Shown: positions 10,512 to 18,855 of the stretch, in pieces | Layout: every line of letters starts with the position of its first letter | Numbering within the stretch: the stretch's first letter is position 1 | IMG/VR virus record: IMGVR_UViG_3300008120_009632 | Coordinates: 1 to 64,000 of that record | Direction: 5' to 3' (one strand) | DNA length: 64,000 nt | Source of the DNA: a virus | Notes under the pieces: model-generated | What the model saw: the letters and a program-made list of their open reading frames with translations, nothing else | Database searches by the model: none | Told to the model about the DNA's origin: nothing | Translations under genes and position numbers: made by a program

Positions 10512-11190
10512 AATATTTTTTCGCTTTCGATAAGTCTTTGATTGTATTAATTTTAATAGCTGATGTTTTGTGTATCTCTTTAATTTTTAACGGGTGTACG
10601 CTCTCAGATAGAATGTTTAATCCTTCAAACAAGAATAATTTAGATATATCTTTTACTTTTGAGTACTCCAATAATGTATGTATAGCATTATTGTCAATAA
10701 AAGCACATTCTATCCATTTGTGAGGTAAATCATAAAAGAGATAATTTGTATGAGAACCAGAAACATTACACCCAATTCCAAAATCTAATTTTTTAGGAGA
10801 ATTTATAATAAAAATTTCTGTATTATTTTCTAGATAAATTTTTTCTGAAATTAGTACTCCGTTATTTATTACCAAAGCATGATCCAATTTGTGTCTATCT
10901 AAACATAAAAGTAAAGAATCCATCTGATTATGCTTTATATAGTTTTTATTATAGATATATTTTATATCTTTATATTTTTGTGTTTTTTTAACAATCTTGT
11001 CATGATCAAAACCAGTACATATGTATATCTCTATTGGGTTATAAAATCTTTTTAGGTACTGTATCTGATAGTCTATAATGGTTACTGATCCAGATATTGG
11101 TAAAAGAGCTTTGGACCCTATGGACTTCATTCCTTTGGTTATTTCCGATGCTAAAATTATAGCAGATAGAGGGGCTTTATTTTTGATCAT
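10480..11190 (-). CDS. sugar-phosphate nucleotidyltransferase-like protein (GlmU/LicC fold), catalytic motifs eroded
   Basis: AIILASEITKGMKSIGSKALL aligns with AIILAAGxGTRMKS.PK.LL; also IYICTGF, YIYN..Y...N...SL and INTIKDL. Confidence 0.7.
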   Translation of the reverse strand: MIKNKAPLSAIILASEITKGMKSIGSKALLPISGSVTIIDYQIQYLKRFYNPIEIYICTGFDHDKIVKKTQKYKDIKYIYNKNYIKHNQMDSLLLCLDRHKLDHALVINNGVLISEKIYLENNTEIFIINSPKKLDFGIGCNVSGSHTNYLFYDLPHKWIECAFIDNNAIHTLLEYSKVKDISKLFLFEGLNILSESVHPLKIKEIHKTSAIKINTIKDLSKAKKYYEKYICSKHV

Positions 11191-11929
11191 ATGTAGATAG
11201 TGAGAAGTCTGTTATAGTGGAGAGAGCTGTTAGGATATCCCTATGTATTAGAGTAATAATAGACTTATACAATGATATTGGGAGGCATAGTCCATCAAAC
11301 ACAGCAGTTTTAAAGCCAAAAATATTATTTTGTTGAATATTTCTAACAAAAAATATATGATTGATTCTATTATTGGTTGTGCTGAAACAAGAAACATTAA
11401 GGTCCCAAAAATACAACATAGACGAGTTGCTGGTTTGTATGTTGGTTTCTGCTGCTACATTTGCTGCCTCATTAAAGGATACATCATTCAAAAAGGCATG
11501 CAGTTTCCATTTTATGCTTTTATTTATATTATTGTGTAAAGCTTTAAAAATAACAGTATTGTTGGTATGATTAATATCTATAAGTATTGATACAAGTTTT
11601 GGTGGAATATCTAAAGAGTTAATATCATTGGCTATAGTAATAAAATCTCCTACATCAGATAAATGTCTGGCGTCTATTATAAGATAATACGAGATATGTG
11701 CCTGCTGAATAATTTTGTTTTTTACATATTCTTTGTCTAGATTATGATCTATTCGTGTTTTTTCAGCAAATGCATATTTACATCTATAGTTTTCTATATA
11801 ATAGAACCCATCTTTAGTACTTATAGGCTTTAAGTCTTTGATATGATACGGAATATCAAATTCGCAAGAATGTTCTAGATCTTTATTCTCTTTTACGAAT
11901 ATGCATCCCTTACAGTGAGTATTAGCCAT
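11177..11929 (-). CDS. hypothetical protein (N-terminal CxxC; possibly degenerate GT-A fold)
   Basis: 250-aa ORF overlapping its neighbours; HCKGC...C...C N-terminus. Confidence 0.55.
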   Translation of the reverse strand: MANTHCKGCIFVKENKDLEHSCEFDIPYHIKDLKPISTKDGFYYIENYRCKYAFAEKTRIDHNLDKEYVKNKIIQQAHISYYLIIDARHLSDVGDFITIANDINSLDIPPKLVSILIDINHTNNTVIFKALHNNINKSIKWKLHAFLNDVSFNEAANVAAETNIQTSNSSMLYFWDLNVSCFSTTNNRINHIFFVRNIQQNNIFGFKTAVFDGLCLPISLYKSIITLIHRDILTALSTITDFSLSTYDQK

Positions 11930-12350
11930 TGGTGATAGGATTCTTGATTATCGTAATGTTTGTTATTAATTGATCTTTTTTAATATCAGCCAATATAATA
12001 TCTTTTTTATTTGATGAGAACTCTACAAAATCAGATAGTGATACGCAATTGTTAATATTTTTCATTAATCCCAAATAATCTGTACTTTGAATCTGATTAT
12101 TGGTATATAAGGCAGCTATTCTGCGTGTGTCATATAGGGAGATTATCAGTTGTCCGTTGGGTTTTAATTTATCTATCAAAATTTCTATGATAGTCCAAAA
12201 TTTTCCATGATCAAAGAAACTACCAATAGAACAATTAATAGTATCACAAGAAAAACTATAAATAGATGATATCTGATCTATAATAACATTTTCAAATCCT
12301 ATTAAATTAGCATTCATATTTTGAAGAATGACATTTATATTTTTACTCAT
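11922..12350 (-). CDS. truncated class I SAM methyltransferase-like protein
   Basis: SCDTI...LIDKLKPNGQLIISLYD matches the post-motif L+PGG.L segment; no GxG SAM-binding motif. Confidence 0.45.
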   Translation of the reverse strand: MSKNINVILQNMNANLIGFENVIIDQISSIYSFSCDTINCSIGSFFDHGKFWTIIEILIDKLKPNGQLIISLYDTRRIAALYTNNQIQSTDYLGLMKNINNCVSLSDFVEFSSNKKDIILADIKKDQLITNITIIKNPITNG

Positions 12351-13204
12351 AGTAAAACGGCCTTTGCTGAATAATTTGTTATTGCATTACTGATATTTTT
12401 AACAAAAGACGCATAATCATATTTATTTTTTATGTAGTCTTTCATTGTATGGGTATCTATATGTGGTATTGATAATACTTCTTTGACTATTCCAATTAAT
12501 TGCTGATAGTCAGATATATGATATATGTAATCGTCTTGATACGATTTTTTGGTTGTTATACCATAGCATCCAACGGATACCCCACACAATACATTGTAAT
12601 ATGATCCTAGATCAACACATATTCTATATCTAGATATAATGTTCATTATGTCTGTATAGGATTTATTATTATCTATAGTAAGCATATCGGTATTAGGATA
12701 AGATTGTTTTAGATTATCATATATCAATTGGGTTTGTTTATTATTGTTAATAGTTAATATAATAATATCTTTATCTTTGGTGGTCTCTATGTCGATATTC
12801 TTAATGCCATAATTGATTGGAATTATATTGGAATTCATCCATGATTCGTGATTCATCCCAAAATAAAAAGATGGAAACTTATTCAAAGATGATTTTAACA
12901 AAAATAAGTCTTCTTTTTTAAGCGATGGTGGTGGGCCATCATGGAAAAATAATATTTTGTTCGAAAATAGATTATTATATACTCCAATATTTTGTGCAAA
13001 ATCAAGCGGATCGTTTATAATGCACAGCCCATAAGATAATGCCACATTCAAAAACACCTGATTATTGATGATATTAATATTAGGAATATCCTCAATAACT
13101 TTATCGAATAATGTTCCAGTATATGTATAAAGAACATTAATAGGATAGTTTTGTCTAGCTAATATATTATGAAATATATTATGTATCTGATAATTTATGG
13201 ACAT
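12347..13204 (-). CDS. glycosyltransferase-like (GT-B) protein, degenerate
   Basis: IPINYGI, IISRYRICV...GC..ITT and C-terminal YIKNKYDY..F pattern typical of GT4 C-termini. Confidence 0.45.
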   Translation of the reverse strand: MSINYQIHNIFHNILARQNYPINVLYTYTGTLFDKVIEDIPNINIINNQVFLNVALSYGLCIINDPLDFAQNIGVYNNLFSNKILFFHDGPPPSLKKEDLFLLKSSLNKFPSFYFGMNHESWMNSNIIPINYGIKNIDIETTKDKDIIILTINNNKQTQLIYDNLKQSYPNTDMLTIDNNKSYTDIMNIISRYRICVDLGSYYNVLCGVSVGCYGITTKKSYQDDYIYHISDYQQLIGIVKEVLSIPHIDTHTMKDYIKNKYDYASFVKNISNAITNYSAKAVLL

Positions 13205-14196
13205 AAAATTTGATCTATGGTTTCAGTAGTATTACTATGAATGGTTTTGTTTTGCACAGCACGAATCATCGATTCTGACACAGATGTGACATTTGTGTTT
13301 AGTGTTAGTTCACCAAAAAAATAACTATCACCATATCCTGGAACAATATCATAGACCATGTTCGTATTGGATTCATCTATAATAGAATTGTCATATTTTT
13401 CTGCAATACTTTTATGTATATTTGATTCTATTCCAGAATTGTGTAGAGAAATATAGATATCACAACTGTTATGTATGGATAGTACCTCATCATCTGATAA
13501 CATTTTAACTATAATTTTATGAGCATAATTATTAGTTAAGATGTTTAATTCTTTTTTAAGATCATCAATAAATTTTTGTAGTTCTTGTTTAACGCTATCA
13601 GAATTATCTGTAATAAACAGAATTAATGATATGTCTGACTCTGAACTAAATGCTACATAAAAACTAGTAATAATCAGTTTTATCATTCTTTTATTATGGC
13701 TGAATGATCCAATAAAATAGAATTTTTTATTTTGATTATGTATATCTAAGTTGATTTTATTAGTGCTGTCATTTTTAGTATCATAATTAAATAACTTGAC
13801 ATTACTTATATTATAGGATTGAGTCAGAATAGCTTGAGTCACTTTATCGTCTATAAGAATTTGGTCAAATCCAGACAAGGTACTGTTGTATTGGTACTTA
13901 TTAATGGTTTTATTTATGATTGGTATGGCTATATTTTTATTTGTTATATTCAAATTTTTATATGTGGCTAGCAGATACGGGGTAGAATGTTGAATGATAA
14001 TATCATAATATCCTTCTATATCTTGCTTTTCTAGATCTAATAAGCTATCATTTATTTTATAATCATTATTATTCTGGATATAAATATGTCTAATCGTCAA
14101 ATCATTATTTTTTGATAATGAAGAAACGATATTTCTTGATGCATGACCTATGGATAGCTCATTTCTATACGGTCCTATATATAGTATTTTCATCAT
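13195..14196 (-). CDS. glycosyltransferase family 4-like protein, degenerate
   Basis: MKILYIGPY...GHASR, YDIIIQH, FYFIG...K, IHNSCDIYIS; the ExxxxxxxE motif is absent. Confidence 0.6.
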   Translation of the reverse strand: MMKILYIGPYRNELSIGHASRNIVSSLSKNNDLTIRHIYIQNNNDYKINDSLLDLEKQDIEGYYDIIIQHSTPYLLATYKNLNITNKNIAIPIINKTINKYQYNSTLSGFDQILIDDKVTQAILTQSYNISNVKLFNYDTKNDSTNKINLDIHNQNKKFYFIGSFSHNKRMIKLIITSFYVAFSSESDISLILFITDNSDSVKQELQKFIDDLKKELNILTNNYAHKIIVKMLSDDEVLSIHNSCDIYISLHNSGIESNIHKSIAEKYDNSIIDESNTNMVYDIVPGYGDSYFFGELTLNTNVTSVSESMIRAVQNKTIHSNTTETIDQILCP

Positions 14197-15857
14197 GTAT
14201 TACTTTTTATATTTGAGTATTCGATAAAATCTTCATTAAATAACATTTTAGACGATCTGGCATACTCTGCTTGATTATGATTATCTATAAGTATTTGTAG
14301 GTGCTTGTATGTCTGGCTTATATCTGTTCCAGAAAAATTCATACCATTCTGAACAAAGCCGTAGTCTGCATCCTTTAAAATATCCAAACATAAAGATGTT
14401 CCAAAAAATGAAGGATCTCCAAGATTATTTGAGCATACAGAATACACAGACATAAAATTATCCTTTGGTGGATTCTGCATATTTTGTTGAATTGACTGCA
14501 AATATTTTGGAGGATCGTCCCAATTTCTCTTAGCGGTAAATAGCATTTCTGAATCTAAAAATGTTTCCCATATTTTACTAATATTATCCCAATTATAATG
14601 TTTTTCTGTTAATTTTCTTGTTTCTTTTCTTTTTTCTTCTTGTCTGCTTTTGGTTTGCCTCATAAACTTGAGAATGAATTTCACCAGATCATTATTATCT
14701 GGATAAACTCTAATAGCTTTTGTTTCTAATTCTTTAAAATATGATTTAATCTTAACTGGATGAGCATTTAATTTATGTACAACGTCTTCCATTGCGCTAT
14801 AATTTACTGTTGCTATGGGGACACCACAAGCACCAGCCTCTACTTGAGGCATACCGAATCCTTCACAAATAGCATATTGAACATAAATATCTAGCATATT
14901 ATATATATCAGATAATGTTTCATTTGAAACACCATTTGTTACAGAAGTAAATCTACTTGTTGATTCAAGACAATTTTTACAAACCTTACACGGATGAGTA
15001 TATACTTCTGAGTGTGTTGACTGACATTTAGAGCAATGATAAGAAAAATAAACCTTATTTAAGAGTCTATTTTGTCTTAAAAGTTCTGGTATATCCCATC
15101 CGGCATCAGGATAGCTTGTATGTAAATATAAATATGTCTTATTAGCTAAAGGACTATTATCATTTTCTAATTCGTTTAATAGTTGTCTAAAAGCTACTAA
15201 CAATTCCGGTATTAATTTTCTTTTTTGATTCCTCATCACCGAACCAATAACAAAACTATCTTGTGGTAAGCCATATTTTGCTTTAATTAATTCCCTGTTG
15301 GGTTTCATGCAAAATGTTTCCAGATCAACACCAGGAGATGCTGTTCCAACATAATTGATCTTATTGTTGCTTTGTTGTTGGAGAATTTGCGCTCCCCAAT
15401 CAGAATAAGTAAACACAGCATCGGCATGTAAAAATGTGTCTATCCATGATTCTTGTTGTGGTGCAGAGTCAACTGTGGGCATCAGAACCCAATTAAAAAA
15501 TGGTCTTAGAGGCGACTGAGACTGATAATGGTTCATCCAATAATCTCTGATATCAATGACAACATTTGGACGGAAATCTAGCAATACTTTATCAAATCTC
15601 CATCTTCCAAATTGATTATCTGATCGCGAAGAGTATTCTTGTGCTCTTGGGTCATTGTCTCTTACTGCATTGGCATAATATTTCCAGTGTATATTCCTAT
15701 CTCTTGGATCATTAACCATTCCGTATGAGGCAAATTCTGCTATTTCATACTTATTTGTTTTATGTAATCTTGTTAAAAGTTCTCTAGTATAATTACCAAA
15801 ACCAGAGTTAATAAAGCTGGCCTCAGAACACATTAATACTTTTAATTTTTGTTTCAT
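14193..15857 (-). CDS. glycosyltransferase family 4 (GT-B) with zinc-ribbon insertion
   Basis: SGFG, GVDLETF, VMRNQKRK, YNMLDIYV...EGFGMPQVEAGACGVP, YNWD; CSKC...CKNC insert. Confidence 0.85.
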   Translation of the reverse strand: MKQKLKVLMCSEASFINSGFGNYTRELLTRLHKTNKYEIAEFASYGMVNDPRDRNIHWKYYANAVRDNDPRAQEYSSRSDNQFGRWRFDKVLLDFRPNVVIDIRDYWMNHYQSQSPLRPFFNWVLMPTVDSAPQQESWIDTFLHADAVFTYSDWGAQILQQQSNNKINYVGTASPGVDLETFCMKPNRELIKAKYGLPQDSFVIGSVMRNQKRKLIPELLVAFRQLLNELENDNSPLANKTYLYLHTSYPDAGWDIPELLRQNRLLNKVYFSYHCSKCQSTHSEVYTHPCKVCKNCLESTSRFTSVTNGVSNETLSDIYNMLDIYVQYAICEGFGMPQVEAGACGVPIATVNYSAMEDVVHKLNAHPVKIKSYFKELETKAIRVYPDNNDLVKFILKFMRQTKSRQEEKRKETRKLTEKHYNWDNISKIWETFLDSEMLFTAKRNWDDPPKYLQSIQQNMQNPPKDNFMSVYSVCSNNLGDPSFFGTSLCLDILKDADYGFVQNGMNFSGTDISQTYKHLQILIDNHNQAEYARSSKMLFNEDFIEYSNIKSNT

Positions 15858-15867
15858 GTTTGATAAG

Positions 15868-15912
15868 ATGTAAAATAAAAGGGGTCTTGCAACCCCTATT
15901 ATTTTTTTACAT
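15868..15912 (-). terminator. intrinsic terminator downstream of ssb
   Basis: Minus strand AGGGGT-tgcaag-ACCCCT followed by TTTATTTT; outer ATGTAAAA/TTTTACAT inverted repeat. Confidence 0.75.
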
Positions 15913-15934
15913 TCAGTCCTATTTAATTAGATTA

Positions 15935-16300
15935 TTAAAATGCAACAGCTTCCTCAGATTGGTTATTCTTTGATAACTTGGTGATCTTGGAAAAGTTATT
16001 TACTCGTACCTTTAGAGTACTATGCTTTACTCCATCCTTTTCCCACGAATCATTTCTCAAAGAGCCTTCAATCAAAACTAAATCACCCTTCTTAAATGAA
16101 GCGGCAATTACATCAGCACCACTATCCCAAGCTTCGCAATTAATAAAAGATGTAATCTTATCCTTCTCCCCATTAGCCTTTGTGTATTCCCTAGAAGTAG
16201 CAACCGTAAAATTCACAACAGAAGTTTGCTTACCTCCAGCAGAAACTGTCCTTAACTCTGGATCCCTAGCAAGATTACCCTTTAACAAAGTGATATTCAT
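15935..16300 (-). CDS. ssb: single-stranded DNA-binding protein
   Basis: MNITLLKGNLARDPELR...FINCEAW...KGDLVLIEGSL...W; acidic C-terminus ending in F; SD GAGGAG before ATG 16300. Confidence 0.95.
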   Translation of the reverse strand: MNITLLKGNLARDPELRTVSAGGKQTSVVNFTVATSREYTKANGEKDKITSFINCEAWDSGADVIAASFKKGDLVLIEGSLRNDSWEKDGVKHSTLKVRVNNFSKITKLSKNNQSEEAVAF

Positions 16301-16345
16301 ATCAAATCTCCTCAAAAATAAAGTACAAATTCAACTCACACAGCT

Positions 16346-16374
16346 ATTATAGCCCGGTCGGACAAGAATGTCAA
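16346..16374 (-). promoter_or_regulatory. consensus sigma70-type promoter for ssb
   Basis: Minus strand TTGACA-N17-TATAAT, a perfect match, overlapping the dnaE-C stop codon. Confidence 0.85.
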
Positions 16375-17987
16375 GACCTGGGAACAAAACATTTATCTAC
16401 GACTAGCCCATCCTTGGTCTTGCTTTTATTTCCCACAAAAATCAAAATATTGTTTTCGAATAAATGATGCTTATATTTTGCATATGTTTCTGGAAAAAAG
16501 ATAACAGAATCTAATGAGCCTGTTTGATCTTCTATTGAAACAAAAGACATCTCCTGTCCAGATAATTTACCCTTTTTAGTTTTTATGACATTAATATTTG
16601 TGATTTCACCAGCAATGACAATATTAGAAGTACTATCATTATTTTTAAATGCTCTACAATCTACATTAGTCATATCTATATCATAACTATCTAACTTAGA
16701 ACAAGATATCGCAGTTCCAAGCAACGAAGCCTCTGTGTCTGCTAGCCATTCTATTTTATCTATTAAAGAATATGGTGGTTTATTAATACTCTGTAATAAT
16801 CCTTGTATTATTTGTTTTCTCTTTAGATTAACCTTGGGATGGCTTAGTAAATAACTTAATATATCTTTTACAGACGTTGTGTTTTTGGTCACTATAATAG
16901 CATATTCTATCTCTTTTTTGGTTAGAGAGCTAATAATATCAAGCTCAAATAACATTTCTGTTCTATTCTTAGATAAATAATCAATAGCTCCACTAGAAAT
17001 CAGAGCTTTAGCTGCTATAGAGTTGATATTGAGCAACAGCTTTATTAAAAGGTCTATCCATCCTAGCTTATACAAATCTATATTTACGCAAATATCTAGG
17101 ATTTTAGCGAATACAGAGTCTCCGACACCTTTTATGTCTGTTAAACCAAAATAAATTTTATTATCAAAGATTCCGAAGTTAGGATTCTTTAATCTTAAAT
17201 CTGGTAAGCAAACAGAAATATCCATTTCGCTTGCGTTCTTAATTAATTCTTTTATTTCCTGTTGAGGATCTATTTTGTCTTTGGCAAATTTTAAATAGGA
17301 TACAAAAAATGCCTCAGGAAAATGAGCTTTTGCATAAGCAGATAAATATGCGTTCATTGCATACGATATGCCGTGAGACTTATTAAAGGAATATCTTTGA
17401 CTTTTTTCGATCCAGCCGAAAATTTCTTCTGCTTCTTGTATATTTACAATTCCTAGTTTTTTTGCTCCATCTAAAAACTTTTGTTTAACCTTGGCCATTT
17501 CTTCTGGTTTTTTCTTACCAATGGCTTTTCTTAACGAATCAGCTTCTTGCAAATCGAATCCAGCTAAGTCTTTAGCTATTGACATAGCTTGTTCTTGATA
17601 AATCATTTCTCCATATGTTGTACTTAAAGATCTTTCAAGAGATTCATGAAAATAATTTATGGATTCTAATCCATTCTTTTTATCTATATAATGATTTGTT
17701 ACGCTTTTGCCGTCTCTGATAGCCTCTAGACATCCTGGTCTTAAGATACTAATAAGACCCGATAATTGTTCTATATTTTCTGGTTTTAATTTTTTTGCCA
17801 TCATTTGTCCAAGTCTGGACTCTAACTGAAAGCAACCTTTAGTATTACCAGAAGAAATAAGCTCCCATGTTTTGGAACATGATAGATTAATAGACTCTAT
17901 TTTTGGAGAAAAAACAAGCTTATGTTTATTTCCAGATGATCCTATTATATCGAAACAACATCCACAATCAAATGACCATTTAGGCAT
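16371..17987 (-). CDS. dnaE: DNA polymerase III alpha subunit, C-terminal half (fingers, HhH, OB fold)
   Basis: GNTKGCFQLES, RPG, TYGEMIYQEQAM, ADSLRKAIGKK, YSFNKSH, GLTDIKGVG, OB-fold C-terminus. Confidence 0.92.
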   Translation of the reverse strand: MPKWSFDCGCCFDIIGSSGNKHKLVFSPKIESINLSCSKTWELISSGNTKGCFQLESRLGQMMAKKLKPENIEQLSGLISILRPGCLEAIRDGKSVTNHYIDKKNGLESINYFHESLERSLSTTYGEMIYQEQAMSIAKDLAGFDLQEADSLRKAIGKKKPEEMAKVKQKFLDGAKKLGIVNIQEAEEIFGWIEKSQRYSFNKSHGISYAMNAYLSAYAKAHFPEAFFVSYLKFAKDKIDPQQEIKELIKNASEMDISVCLPDLRLKNPNFGIFDNKIYFGLTDIKGVGDSVFAKILDICVNIDLYKLGWIDLLIKLLLNINSIAAKALISSGAIDYLSKNRTEMLFELDIISSLTKKEIEYAIIVTKNTTSVKDILSYLLSHPKVNLKRKQIIQGLLQSINKPPYSLIDKIEWLADTEASLLGTAISCSKLDSYDIDMTNVDCRAFKNNDSTSNIVIAGEITNINVIKTKKGKLSGQEMSFVSIEDQTGSLDSVIFFPETYAKYKHHLFENNILIFVGNKSKTKDGLVVDKCFVPRS

Positions 17988-18681
17988 TTATAAAAGATCC
18001 TTTAAATTTTACCTTATTAGATAAATTTCTATGTAGTTTTAAAAATCTAATCATAATTTCTGCTGTATCTTTAACATCTTTTAGAGCATCATGAGCATTT
18101 TCTTTATCTATACCAAGATAATCTCTTAAGTTATCTAATGTATAGTTTTTTAATTCATTATTATACTCAAACCAATAAAATAGTAAATTCATAACATCTA
18201 TCACATCTCTTGGATAAAATAGAGAAGATCTACCTTCTTTATTTAGATTATCATACTTTTTACTTAATCTCTCAATGATTCTCAAATCAAATCTATTAAT
18301 ATTGAACCCTGCCGCGATTGGTGCAGAAAAGCAGGACTTTTTATTTCCATTTGATCTGGTATGATACATTTCCAAATAAGAAACAAACATCTTCCATCCG
18401 GCTTCTTGAGGTTGATGTTTCTTCCATGAATCAAGAATAGCCGCCTTAGAACATCCTCTTACTTTAGAGTGAAAGTCTAACACATCGCTATCTTCATAAG
18501 CATAGCCGGTATTGTCCTGTAAAAGTTCTGGTTTAAGATTTATATTAAACTCTGAGTCTTTAACTATCTCTAGTTTTATTGGATCTATAATAATCGCAGC
18601 AATTTGTACTGGACTGCATACATCCGGATTGACTCCATCTGTCTCCATGTCGAAAACACATATTTTTTGAAAATTAGGCAT
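17980..18681 (-). CDS. DEDDh 3'-5' exonuclease (DnaQ/epsilon-like)
   Basis: FDMETDG (ExoI), GFNINRFD (ExoII), HDALKD (ExoIII). Confidence 0.9.
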   Translation of the reverse strand: MPNFQKICVFDMETDGVNPDVCSPVQIAAIIIDPIKLEIVKDSEFNINLKPELLQDNTGYAYEDSDVLDFHSKVRGCSKAAILDSWKKHQPQEAGWKMFVSYLEMYHTRSNGNKKSCFSAPIAAGFNINRFDLRIIERLSKKYDNLNKEGRSSLFYPRDVIDVMNLLFYWFEYNNELKNYTLDNLRDYLGIDKENAHDALKDVKDTAEIMIRFLKLHRNLSNKVKFKGSFINA

Positions 18682-18853
18682 TAATTGTCACCGTTGTGGA
18701 TGCTTGAACGAATGTTTTGGTTGATGGATTGTTAGCGTCCTGAGCGTTGATAGATCTGCAACAACTAACTCTAACTTCTTGAATCTTGATATAAGATACT
18801 CCATTTAATTCGAATCTATCTCCGACAGCTAATTCTGAAAATACTTTATTCAT
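18674..18853 (-). CDS. 59-aa hypothetical protein (not in ORF track)
   Basis: Read by hand: MNKVFSELAVGDRFELNGVSYIKIQEVRVSCCRSINAQDANNPSTKTFVQASTTVTINA; preceded by AAGGAG; fills the gap between dnaE-N and the exonuclease. Confidence 0.75.
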   Translation of the reverse strand: MNKVFSELAVGDRFELNGVSYIKIQEVRVSCCRSINAQDANNPSTKTFVQASTTVTINA

Positions 18854-18855
18854 AA

